From an uncultured Chloroflexia bacterium (GTDB lineage Bacteria > Chloroflexota > Limnocylindria > Limnocylindrales > CSP1-4), in the NCBI GenBank assembly GCA_963821235.1, contig CAWGCS010000001.1, positions 1,344,884 through 1,408,883 on the forward strand: DNA of 64,000 nucleotides, written 5' to 3'. Below the pieces are notes generated by a model that saw nothing but the letters and a program-made list of their open reading frames with translations, had not been told where the DNA came from and did no database searches. Positions 20,102 to 28,753 of the stretch are shown piece by piece. Made by a program: the position numbers and the translations under genes. How positions within the stretch are numbered: the first letter of the stretch is position 1; every line of letters starts with the position of its first letter.

Positions 20102-20144
20102 CTAGCCAGTCCCGGAGCGTGCGACCCGCCCCAGGGTCCACGGC

Positions 20145-20384
20145 ATGGGCCCGCAGCGGCCGGCGCCCTCGGCGGCGCCGGTCGGGCCCGTCGGCGACCT
20201 CACCCACGACGTCGGGCTGATGGCGCAGGGCAAGGTGCCCAGCATCGGCGACCGGGCCGAGAGTGCGGCCTCGTCGAAGCGAGTGATGGAGCTTGCGACT
20301 CGTCTCGGCCATGCCGCCATCCTGCCCGCGCACGATCCAGGGACCGCGGCGCGCCTCCGGGTTGCAGGAGGGCGGGCTCTCTGA
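20145..20384 (+). pseudogene. Possible 3' remnant of an MBL-fold hydrolase gene
   Basis: Translation LTHDVGLMAQGKVPSIGDRAESAASSKRVMELATRLGHAAILPAHDPG resembles the C-terminus of metallo-beta-lactamase-fold lactonases (..LPGHDP). No N-terminal part is present. Confidence 0.3.
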
Positions 20385-20547
20385 ATCACGTCGGGTGTCG
20401 ACGTTCCTATCCGGGCCGTCCACGCGTGAATGGCTGTGGCGCCCGACAGGATTCGAGCGCGCCTGAACAACAACCGCTGGCGCGGGTACGACTGCGGCCG
20501 GGAGAGTCCCGACCGGCCCGCAACCGTCACGCCCTCGGCGCTTCCGG

Positions 20548-21306
20548 CTATGCGAGGCCTCGCGCCGCCCACGCCACGGCGATGACCACGAACGGCTCCG
20601 AGAGAACCCGTCGCCGGCACTCGTCGCGCAGCTCCACGCGCCGGTCCGCATCGAGGCTCGCCAGGTAGGCGCCGGCGGGGCCAACGCCGCGCGTGAACGG
20701 CTCCCACCAGGCGTCGAAGGTCGGGTGCTCGAGGCGCACGGAGAGTGCGGTCGTCTCGATCTCACGCAGCCCGGCGGCCCCGAACAGCTCGGTCAGGTGG
20801 CCCGCGCGGGTGCCTGGGAGGTCGGACTCATCGTCGACATCCGGGTCGAGCGCACGAGCAGCGCCCCAGAAGAGATGGAGAGGTCCCTTGACCCCGCCGT
20901 GATCCCATACGCACGCGGCGACGACGCCATCTCGCCGGGTCACGCGGGCCATCTCGGTCAGCCCCGCGATCGGATCCTTCATGAAGTGGACGACGAGCTG
21001 CGCGAGGGCGGCGTCGAAGGCCCCATCCGGGAACGGCACCTGCTCGGCAGCCGCTCGTCGAACGTCGACGCCAGGGTGGCGTGCCCGGGTCGCGGCAACG
21101 AAGGGCTCGGACGGGTCGACGGCCGCCACCGCCTCGGGTCCCAGCCGTGTGACCAGCTCGCCGGTGAGCGCACCCGTGCCGCAGCCGACATCGAGGACCC
21201 GCTGCCCTCGGCGCACCGAGGCGAGGTCTGCCAGTTGACCGGACAGCAGGCGGGAGTATCGACCCATGAAGCCGTCGTAGGCATCGGCGGCGACATCGAA
21301 GCTCAC
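20548..21306 (-). CDS. Class I SAM-dependent methyltransferase
   Basis: Motif I VLDVGCGTGALTGEL. 252 aa. Confidence 0.85.
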   Translation of the reverse strand: MSFDVAADAYDGFMGRYSRLLSGQLADLASVRRGQRVLDVGCGTGALTGELVTRLGPEAVAAVDPSEPFVAATRARHPGVDVRRAAAEQVPFPDGAFDAALAQLVVHFMKDPIAGLTEMARVTRRDGVVAACVWDHGGVKGPLHLFWGAARALDPDVDDESDLPGTRAGHLTELFGAAGLREIETTALSVRLEHPTFDAWWEPFTRGVGPAGAYLASLDADRRVELRDECRRRVLSEPFVVIAVAWAARGLA

Positions 21307-21528
21307 GTGCCAAACCTGCGCTATCGCTTCATCGGTGGCTGCCAGAACCGCAGCATACGGGAGCGGCGATAGAGCGAGCTACGACCCGTGGCGCTCGAGT
21401 GTTCTGGCGCGCCCGGAGGGACTCCCCAACACCAACGCAACGCGTCGGACCGCGCCGTTGGTCGCTCGGGCGTGGTTAGGCGGCAGCGCACGCCGCCGCT
21501 CATCCTGGTCACCTCGCTCTCTGCGGGA

Positions 21529-21620
21529 CGAGCGGCCGGCGGCTTCCTCTCTCCGCCGATCGCCCGTCGACCCGAGCGTTGAGGCACGCGCGCGAGGCGA
21601 TCCTGCACGACTACCGAGAC
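21529..21620. repeat. Copy B of the ~90-nt intergenic repeat element (first copy at 10941..11030)
   Basis: Same conserved blocks and orientation as copy A. It lies 5' of the minus-strand methyltransferase and directly abuts the truncated tRNA-Gly copy. Confidence 0.5.
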
Positions 21621-21664
21621 GCAGCACGCGCAGCAGAGTGTGGCGCTGAGCGCGGAAGGTGACT

Positions 21665-21711
21665 CGGAGCGGGAGACGGGATTCGAAACCCGCGACATTC
21701 TGCCTGGGAAG
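21665..21711 (-). pseudogene. Truncated 3' half of tRNA-Gly (anticodon loop to 3' end); att-like direct repeat of the intact gene at 24802..24877
   Basis: CGGAGCGGGAGACGGGATTCGAAACCCGCGACATTCTGCCTGGGAAG matches the 3' 47 nt of the intact tRNA, with 1 insertion and 2 substitutions. Weaker similarity continues about 40 nt into the 3' flank. Confidence 0.6.
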
Positions 21712-21903
21712 TCCTGACCTCGGGAGCGCAGTAGCACGAGCGTGGAGGGGCGAGCCAATCACCAGTGGTCAGGGTGTCGCCGTAACACTGCGGTCGAGCT
21801 CGGCAACAGCCTCGCGGTGATGGGCTCGTGGGTGCGGCACTTCCTACCGTCGGGGCAGCCTGACCTGCACGGAGCGCGCCGATGATCACCTCGCCGCCTC
21901 ATC

Positions 21904-23526
21904 GTGGATACTGGGGCCGTGCGCCCCCACCCTTCCACGATCACGCCGGCGGCGGCGCCCAGCCGACCCGATACGGGGATCAGGCTGGCCGATCTGGTCG
22001 CCGCCTTCTCGCTCGCGACCGACCTTGGCCTCGGCCAGCCGATGGAGCACGCGCTCCGATCCTGGCTCATCGCCTCGCGCTTGGGGGCGCGGATGGGCCT
22101 CGAAGCAAGCGCTCGGCAGGACCTCTTCTACATCGTCATGCTCGCATGGGTCGGCTGTGTCGCGGACACTCCGGAGGTGGCGCGCTGGTTCGGGGACGAC
22201 ATCGGCTACCGGCGCGACAGCTTCGGCGTCGACCGGGCCGGCCTGCCGATGATGGCCTACTCGCTGCGCCGCGTCGGGGTGGGCACCCCGCTCGTCCACC
22301 GCCTCCGCCTGGGAGCCACGCTGGTCGCGACGGGGGGCGCGGCGATCGCGCGGGGCTTCATGTCGCACTGCATCTCGACCGCGCAGATGGCCCAGCGCCT
22401 CGGCCTCGGCGACGCGGTCGCCGAGCAGCTGAAGCAGGTGTTCACCCGCTGGGACGGCAAGGGCGTGCCCGAAGGGGTCGGCGGTGAGCAGATTGCACCG
22501 ACCGTCCGACTCTTCCACGTCGCCGACAGCGTCGAAGTGATCCAACGGACGCAGGGCCGAGATGCAGCGGTCGACCTGGCACGGGCCTGGCGTGGCACGC
22601 AGTTCGCCCCGGACGTGGTGGATGCCTTCTCCGGGGCGGCCGACGACCTCCTCACAGGGCTCGATGACGTCGCGGACTGGGATACCTTGATCGTCGACGA
22701 GCCGGGGTTGCAGGCGCGGCTGACGGAAGCCGAGCTCGACTCCGCCCTCGAGGCGATGGCCGACTTCACCGACCTGCGCTCGCCGTCCCGGGCCGGCCAT
22801 TCGCGGGCGGTCGCCGGCCTGTCCGCGCGAGCGGCCGAGCTGTCGGGCTTGCCGCCTGGCGACGTGACGACCCTCCGGCGGGCCGCACTGGTCCACGACC
22901 TCGGCATGAACGGCCTTTCGGCCACGATCCTGGACAAGCCCGGCCCGCTCACCCCGAGCGAGGCGGAACGGATGCGCGTGCACGCGTACTACACGGACCG
23001 GATGCTCGCCCGGCCGCCGGCTCTCGGCCGGATCGGCGCGATCGCCGCGCTCGCGACCGAGCGGCTCGATGGCTCCGGGTACCACCGCGGCCTGTCGGGC
23101 GCGTCGATCGCCGCCACCGGACGGATCCTCGCGGCCGGCGACGCCTTCCAGGCGATGCGGGAACCCCGCCCGTATCGGCAGGCCCTGTCGGACGGAGCAG
23201 CCAGTGAGGAGCTCCGCGCCGAGGTCCGTGCCGGACGACTGGCCGCCGACGCCGTCGATGCCGTCCTGGCAGCGGCCGGGCAGCGTCGTGGCAAGCGCCA
23301 GAGCGGCCCCGGCGGCCTGACCGCGCGCGAGGTCGAGGTGCTCGTCCTGATCGCCCGCGGCGCCTCGAACAAGCTGGTCGCCCGGGTGCTCGGGATCGCC
23401 CCGAAGACCGCCGGCACCCACATCGAACGCATCTACTCGAAGATCGGCGCCTCGACCCGCTCCACGGCCACGCTGTTCGCGATGCAGCACGGTCTGCTCG
23501 AATCCCTCGAACCGCTCGATTCGTAG
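21904..23526 (+). CDS. Regulator with tandem HD-GYP-like domains (first degenerate; second HDLGM...GYH) and a C-terminal LuxR HTH
   Basis: 540 aa. ALVHDLGMNGL and GSGYHRGL (GYP-to-GYH variant). C-terminal LTAREVEVLVLIARGASNKLVARVLGIAPKTAGTHIERIYSKIG. Confidence 0.75.
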   Translation: MDTGAVRPHPSTITPAAAPSRPDTGIRLADLVAAFSLATDLGLGQPMEHALRSWLIASRLGARMGLEASARQDLFYIVMLAWVGCVADTPEVARWFGDDIGYRRDSFGVDRAGLPMMAYSLRRVGVGTPLVHRLRLGATLVATGGAAIARGFMSHCISTAQMAQRLGLGDAVAEQLKQVFTRWDGKGVPEGVGGEQIAPTVRLFHVADSVEVIQRTQGRDAAVDLARAWRGTQFAPDVVDAFSGAADDLLTGLDDVADWDTLIVDEPGLQARLTEAELDSALEAMADFTDLRSPSRAGHSRAVAGLSARAAELSGLPPGDVTTLRRAALVHDLGMNGLSATILDKPGPLTPSEAERMRVHAYYTDRMLARPPALGRIGAIAALATERLDGSGYHRGLSGASIAATGRILAAGDAFQAMREPRPYRQALSDGAASEELRAEVRAGRLAADAVDAVLAAAGQRRGKRQSGPGGLTAREVEVLVLIARGASNKLVARVLGIAPKTAGTHIERIYSKIGASTRSTATLFAMQHGLLESLEPLDS

Positions 23527-23592
23527 GGCGATCACCGGACGACATCGGGCGTCGCGGTTTGTACGGTCCTCCTGTTCACGCACGCAGGAGGG

Positions 23593-24279
23593 ATGCCCAT
23601 GACGGTCGAGGCGGCTGGGCTGTCGACCATCCGGCCGGTCGGAGACGCCGACGGCCGAGACTCGGCTCGCGACGCAGCGGAACGGCTGGTCCGCGCGATC
23701 ACCGCGAGGGACTACACGAGCTTGTTCGGCGTTCTGGCGCGCGACGCTCGCTTCCGCTACCTGATCCCATCCGGTCCCGGGCAGGTCGCAGGCGCGGCCG
23801 ACGTGGCCGCCAAGTACTTCGAGTGGTTCGGCGACGTCGTCACGCTCGAAGTCCAGGAGGTCCTCGTCCAGCGGGTCTCCGACCGGACGTCCGCCCGCTA
23901 CCGGTTCCTCGTCCGCGAGGGCCGTGACTGGGAGGTGGTCGAGCAGCAGGCATACCTGGACGTGGACGCGGAGGGGCGCATCGCCGCGATCGACCTCCTG
24001 TGCTCGGGCTTCCGGCCGACCGACGGTCCGGGGGGAGCGAGCTCGACGGGGACCCACGAGTTCGACGCCGGCACGATGAGCTGCGCCGACGGCCTGGCCT
24101 CCGAGTTCCGGCGACGGATCGGGGTGATCCCGGTCGGCGACGTCCTCGCCGTGACCGCGCGCGACCCGGCGGCGAAGGAGGACCTGCCCCCGCTGGCCCG
24201 GCTGATGGGCCACACGGTTCGTTCGGTCAAGGCATCCGGCGACGGGCGCCTCGTTATCACGGTGGAGAGAGGACGATGA
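23593..24279 (+). CDS. Two-domain protein: NTF2/SnoaL-like N-terminus plus TusA-like sulfur-carrier-like C-terminus (CPxP motif replaced by C-A-D-G)
   Basis: C-terminal FDAGTMSCADGLASEFRRRIGVIPVGDVLAVTARDPAAKEDLPPLARLMGHTV follows the TusA fold pattern. Its stop overlaps the next start (ATGA). Confidence 0.5.
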   Translation: MPMTVEAAGLSTIRPVGDADGRDSARDAAERLVRAITARDYTSLFGVLARDARFRYLIPSGPGQVAGAADVAAKYFEWFGDVVTLEVQEVLVQRVSDRTSARYRFLVREGRDWEVVEQQAYLDVDAEGRIAAIDLLCSGFRPTDGPGGASSTGTHEFDAGTMSCADGLASEFRRRIGVIPVGDVLAVTARDPAAKEDLPPLARLMGHTVRSVKASGDGRLVITVERGR

Positions 24280-24641
24280 GCGACAAGCTGATCTTCAACT
24301 GCACGCACGGCAAGGACGACCCGGAGCGGGCAACGCTTCCCTTCGTCGCTGCGAACATCGCGGCGACGGCCGGCCAGGATGCGGTCGTCCTCTGCACGAT
24401 CGACGCCGTCTGGCTCGGGACCCAGGGCGGTACCGAGGGGATCGCCTTTCCGGGCCTCCCCGTGCTCGACGACCTCTACCGCGAGTTCGTCGCGAACGGC
24501 GGCCAGGTGTGGCTCTGCGGGGCCTGTGCGAAGCCCCGCGGGATCGGCGAGGACAGCGTCGCGCAGGGGGCCCGGATCGTCGGCGCCGCCAAGGTCGTCG
24601 AGGAGATCGTCGCGGGCGCGAGGACGGTCGCCTTCGCGTGA
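24276..24641 (+). CDS. DsrE/DsrF-like family protein
   Basis: MSDKLIFNCTHGKDDPERATLPFVAANIAATAG N-terminus; conserved Cys in WLCGACAKP. GGAGAGAGGA Shine-Dalgarno. 121 aa. Confidence 0.65.
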   Translation: MSDKLIFNCTHGKDDPERATLPFVAANIAATAGQDAVVLCTIDAVWLGTQGGTEGIAFPGLPVLDDLYREFVANGGQVWLCGACAKPRGIGEDSVAQGARIVGAAKVVEEIVAGARTVAFA

Positions 24642-24801
24642 CCGAGCAGCGGGTCGTGGGTCCGCTCATGACGCCATTCACATGCCGGGCGTAGGGAGGA
24701 TGCGGCGCAGCTGCGTTCGGGGCGGAGCGTTGCGGCACATACCCCGGAATCAGGGGCGGGCAATGAAGCAGAGTGTCGCCCTGAGACCAGAGCCGAGAAG
24801 T

Positions 24802-24877
24802 TGGAGCGGGAGACGGGATTCGAACCCGCGACATTCTGCTTGGGAAGCAGACACTCTGCCAACTGAGTTACTCCCGC
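24802..24877 (-). tRNA. tRNA-Gly (anticodon CCC)
   Basis: Reverse complement GCGGGAGTAACTCAGTTGGCAGAGTGTCTGCTTCCCAAGCAGAATGTCGCGGGTTCGAATCCCGTCTCCCGCTCCA. 7-bp acceptor stem, D stem ACTC/GAGT, anticodon loop TTCCCAA, TTCGAAT T-loop, encoded CCA. Confidence 0.85.
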
Positions 24878-25332
24878 TCGGGAGGCCCGCATTCTACCGT
24901 AGCCAGGGCGTCGGCTCAATGAGCAGGCCCGTGAGGAGGATCGCCGTTTGCGTCGGCGTGGGACAATCCGAGTGTCAACCTCCACTCCCCGGGCAGCCGG
25001 GGCCGACGTCTCGGAGGTACGGCAGTGGCGATGCCCTGGGCCATCGGGCCCGTCCCGCGGCGGCGCAGGCATGTGAGCCTGGCGCTCTCGACCACGGCTG
25101 ACGCATCGCGTGGCACCGCGAACCTCCTGACCCGACCTCGCGCCGGGAACATCTCGAGCGACACCCGCGCGGGCGTCGCGGGGCGGACGGGAGATGACAT
25201 CGCCCGTCTGCTCGCGAACCGAGACGATGAGCCGGCGATCTCGCCTCCCTCGATGGGAGCTGCAGAGGCGCCGGCTCTTCTGCGTCCGGCGCGGGGATCC
25301 CCGGCCGGGCGCGCGGGGGTATCGTTGCGCCC

Positions 25333-25605
25333 ATGAAGGGCGATCGCGTCGAGGCCGTCGTCGATACCGGCCAGGGCGTGCAGACGTTCGAGATCGTCGC
25401 CACGCGGGCCGGGCGCCGCATCGAGGTCGTCACGTCGCGCGGCGTCGTGGAGGTGCGCGAGGTGACCCGGACGGGCACGCCGGTCCGGACCGGCCGCTTC
25501 ATGACGAGTCGCCTGATCGCGCTCGTCGAGCATCCCGCCATCGACGAGCGGGGCCGCGTCGAGGTCACGACGCGGCACCGCCTCCAGGCGCGCGATCGAG
25601 CCTAG
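25333..25605 (+). CDS. Small hypothetical protein (90 aa)
   Basis: GGGGGT Shine-Dalgarno before the ATG. Lys/Glu/Val-rich composition unlike the surrounding GC-frame noise. Confidence 0.35.
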   Translation: MKGDRVEAVVDTGQGVQTFEIVATRAGRRIEVVTSRGVVEVREVTRTGTPVRTGRFMTSRLIALVEHPAIDERGRVEVTTRHRLQARDRA

Positions 25606-26678
25606 GCCGAGACCGGCCCGGCGCCCGGGACCCGCTGCCCGGCCAGGGCACGCCGGATGGCGTCGAGCTCCGGCTCTCCGGGTCCGAGCGGGAGGTCGAC
25701 CCGACCCCCATGCGCCGCCGACCGAAGCGTGCCCATCATGACCTGGAAGCCGAGCAACGCGCGCTCGCCATTGCACGGGTGGACCGCGTCGTCGTCATCG
25801 AGCCAGTTGGCGATGTCGTCGACGTACGGGGGCATGTCGTGGTCGTAGTCCATGGCGCCCGGCCCGCCCATGTGGCCTTCCCGGGTCATCGCGCGCCAGC
25901 CGCCCCCCAGGCCCGCCTTGCCCGTGAGGACCTCGGCGAAGCCCTCAGTACCCTGCGCACCGATCCGGTTCTTGTGCCACATCGAGGTGATCTCGGGAAC
26001 ATCGGGAGCGTCGGCCCCACACTCGAAGTACCCGCGCACACCGTTCGTGTAACCGACGACCGCCGCAACCGTGTCGGGCGACGGATGCGAATCCGTGAGC
26101 TTCCCAGCACCCCATGCCTGACCGGCAACCCAGGCTGGCGTGGCGTCCCCGGCGTACCAGCTGGCGTACTCCACCAGGTGCGTGAACAGGTGGAGCATCC
26201 AGCCGATCGAGGTGCCGTAAACCGTGTGCACCCGGCCGATAGCGCCGCTGGCGATGATCTCCTTCACGTGCCGGTAGTGGTCGCCGTAGCGGTGCTGGTG
26301 GCTCACGACCGTCCTGATCCCGGCAGCCCGCACCAGGCTGAACATCTCGATCGCCTCGTCCATCGACGTGGCGATCGGCTTCTCGAAGGCGATCAGCCGC
26401 ACGCCTGACTCGACTCCGGCCCGGATCATCGGCAGCCGCAGGTGAGGCAAGGTGCAGAAGATGAAGACGTCCGGCCGGGTGTCGCGGAGCATCTGGTCGA
26501 CGTCGGTCCAGCCGTGGGTGAGGCCGAGTGAGGCCCGGGCAGCAGCGACGCGGGCAGGCTCGATGTCGCACACGCCGACGAGCTCGAAGCGCGGGTTGTC
26601 GCGCACGGCGATGGCGTGATGCATCCCCCGCTTGCCGAGCGCCGCCACGGCGACCGTGTACGGGCGCGGTCCGGTCAT
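25602..26678 (-). CDS. Gfo/Idh/MocA family oxidoreductase
   Basis: Start MTGPRPYTVAVAALGKRGMHHA with N-terminal Rossmann fold; AFEKP motif. Confidence 0.85.
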   Translation of the reverse strand: MTGPRPYTVAVAALGKRGMHHAIAVRDNPRFELVGVCDIEPARVAAARASLGLTHGWTDVDQMLRDTRPDVFIFCTLPHLRLPMIRAGVESGVRLIAFEKPIATSMDEAIEMFSLVRAAGIRTVVSHQHRYGDHYRHVKEIIASGAIGRVHTVYGTSIGWMLHLFTHLVEYASWYAGDATPAWVAGQAWGAGKLTDSHPSPDTVAAVVGYTNGVRGYFECGADAPDVPEITSMWHKNRIGAQGTEGFAEVLTGKAGLGGGWRAMTREGHMGGPGAMDYDHDMPPYVDDIANWLDDDDAVHPCNGERALLGFQVMMGTLRSAAHGGRVDLPLGPGEPELDAIRRALAGQRVPGAGPVSA

Positions 26679-26707
26679 TGCCCAGGGGCGCCAGCCTGCT
26701 GTGTCAC

Positions 26708-27454
26708 TCACAAGGCCTCATTGACGGAGATGAGGCCAAGCTCGGACATCCTGGCCTCCGGCGACTGGCAGGCGGTGAACAGGACGGCGTCCGCGACGTC
26801 CTCCGCCGCAAGGAACCCGGACTGGGCGACGAACTCCGGCGTGCGCCCGCGACCGAGCGCGAAGTCGGTCCTCACGCCCGCCGGGCAGATGACGCTCGCC
26901 TTGATGCCGAACGGCTGGAGCTCAAGCCGGAGCGCCCGCGTGAAGCCGACTTGCGCGTGCTTCGACGCGCAGTAGATCGCCTCGCGGGTGAACCCACGCA
27001 GGCCCGCCTGCGAAGCGATCTGGAGGATGAGGCCGCGGCCCTGCTGCTTCATGATCGGAACGACGGCGCTGGTGAACAGGAACGTGCTGCGCATGTTCGT
27101 GTCCATGATCTCGTCGTAGTCGCTGAGCGTGCAATCCGTGTAGTCGGCGTACATCCCGACACCCGCGTTGTTGAGGAGCACGTCGATGCGGCCGAACCGT
27201 TCCATCGCGAGCGCGACCGCGCTGGCGGCAGTCTCGGGCTGGCCAACATCACCGAAGAGGAACGCGCATTCGGCCCCAGCAGACCGGATCTCCCTGGTGA
27301 GGCGCTCGATCCGGTCCGGGTCGGAGCCCCGGGAGACGCCCACGACGCTCGCGCCCGCAGCGGCGAGGGCGAGGGCGCTCGCCGATCCGATGCCCTTGCT
27401 GGCGCCGGTGATCAGCGCCACCTGTCCGGCGAGCCGGTTCACGCCAGCTGCCAT
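26708..27454 (-). CDS. SDR family oxidoreductase
   Basis: GQVALITGASKGIGSA glycine motif; Y-x-x-x-K in YCASKHA; NNAG. GGGAGGGAG Shine-Dalgarno. Confidence 0.85.
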   Translation of the reverse strand: MAAGVNRLAGQVALITGASKGIGSASALALAAAGASVVGVSRGSDPDRIERLTREIRSAGAECAFLFGDVGQPETAASAVALAMERFGRIDVLLNNAGVGMYADYTDCTLSDYDEIMDTNMRSTFLFTSAVVPIMKQQGRGLILQIASQAGLRGFTREAIYCASKHAQVGFTRALRLELQPFGIKASVICPAGVRTDFALGRGRTPEFVAQSGFLAAEDVADAVLFTACQSPEARMSELGLISVNEAL

Positions 27455-27512
27455 GTCGTCTCCCTCCCGTGTCTCGATCGCCCGAGTGGTCCGAGGTGCA
27501 TCACCCGTGCTG

Positions 27513-28283
27513 CTACTTCGCGATGGAGCCACCGTCAACGGCCAGGGCATGACCCATCACCATGTTCGAGGCGTCCGAGGCGAGGTAGACGACTGCCGCC
27601 GCGATCTCTTCCGGATCGCAGATGCGACCGGCCACGCCCCGGCCGATGATCGAGGCCCGCGTCGTCGGGTCCTCCATGGCGGGCCTCGTCATGTCAGTCC
27701 ACGTCGCCCCCGGGCAGATGGCGTTGACCTGCACGTTGAACGGACCCCACTCCACCGCCAGGTCCTTCGTGAGCGTGATGAGCCCGCCCTTGCTGGCCCC
27801 GTAGGCAGCGTGCTCGGCAAAGCCGTTGACGCCGGCATCGGACGCGATGTTGATGATCTTGCCGCGCCGTCGTTCGACCATGCCCTTGGCAACCGCGATC
27901 GCGCAGAAGAAGGGGGCGCGCAGGTTGACGGCCATGAGGCGATCCCACGTCTCCTGCGTGACGGCGAACGAGGGCTCCGTCTTGTTGACGCCGGCGTTGT
28001 TGACCAGGATGTCGACCGGTCCCAGGGCCTCCTCAACGGCGCGAACCATCGCTGGAATGCTCGCCACCTCGGCGAGGTCAGCCTGGACTCCCACTGAGCG
28101 CCGTCCGAGTGCCCGGATCTCATCGGCGACTCCGAGCACGCGATCGCCGCTGCGGTCGACCACGGCCACGTCGGCACCCGCCTGCGCGAGCGTGAGGGCG
28201 ATGGTGTATCCCATGCCTCTTGCCGCACCCGTGACGAGCGCGACCTTGCCGTCGAGGTCGAACATCGTCGAAGTTGCCATCAC
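27513..28283 (-). CDS. SDR family oxidoreductase
   Basis: GKVALVTGAARGMG, NNAG and YGASKGG motifs. Confidence 0.85.
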   Translation of the reverse strand: MMATSTMFDLDGKVALVTGAARGMGYTIALTLAQAGADVAVVDRSGDRVLGVADEIRALGRRSVGVQADLAEVASIPAMVRAVEEALGPVDILVNNAGVNKTEPSFAVTQETWDRLMAVNLRAPFFCAIAVAKGMVERRRGKIINIASDAGVNGFAEHAAYGASKGGLITLTKDLAVEWGPFNVQVNAICPGATWTDMTRPAMEDPTTRASIIGRGVAGRICDPEEIAAAVVYLASDASNMVMGHALAVDGGSIAK

Positions 28284-28708
28284 CCACGCTCCTCTGCATG
28301 TGCCTGCTCGAATGTCGCCACTCCTGCCGCGGCGCAGTCCGCGTCCTCGTCAGCTGACCCTCCGCTGACGCCCACGCCGCCGATGACCTGTCCGCCTCTT
28401 GCGAGCGGGATGCCACCTCCGGACACGACGAATCGATGGTCGATCGTGTTGATGCCAAAACCCCCGGCGCCGGGCTGCACGATGGGCCACAGGGCGCCGC
28501 TGGGCCGCTGCCACGCCAGCGCCGTATACGCCTTGCCCGCGGCGAGATCGGACGACGCGAGCTGGGCCCCGTCCATTCGCGCGAACACGACGGTATTGCC
28601 GCCCTCGTCGACGATGCAGGTCGCGACGCGGATCCGCAGCTCGAGGGCTCGCCCCTCGGCGGCATCGACGATGGTCCGGGCGAGGGCGAGCGTCAGTTCA
28701 CTGGGCAC
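28280..28708 (-). CDS. GlcG/HbpS-like heme-binding protein (DUF336)
   Basis: ATCIVDEGGNTVVFARMDGA ... VSGGGIPLARGGQVIGGVGVSGG. 4-nt overlap with the upstream SDR gene. Confidence 0.7.
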   Translation of the reverse strand: MPSELTLALARTIVDAAEGRALELRIRVATCIVDEGGNTVVFARMDGAQLASSDLAAGKAYTALAWQRPSGALWPIVQPGAGGFGINTIDHRFVVSGGGIPLARGGQVIGGVGVSGGSADEDADCAAAGVATFEQAHAEERG

Positions 28709-28753
28709 CTGTCTGCCTCACAGTCCTGTGGTCCTCCTCGTGGTTCGACGGCG

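Noticed and set aside
21886-24213. 775-aa minus-strand ORF spanning the islet
   Set aside because: Antisense to the HD-GYP-LuxR and TusA-like genes; no domain motifs.
24916-25776. 286-aa minus-strand ORF and the 103-aa plus ORF at 25025-25336
   Set aside because: Low-complexity translations in the spacer downstream of the tRNA; only the 25333-25605 ORF has a Shine-Dalgarno and balanced composition.
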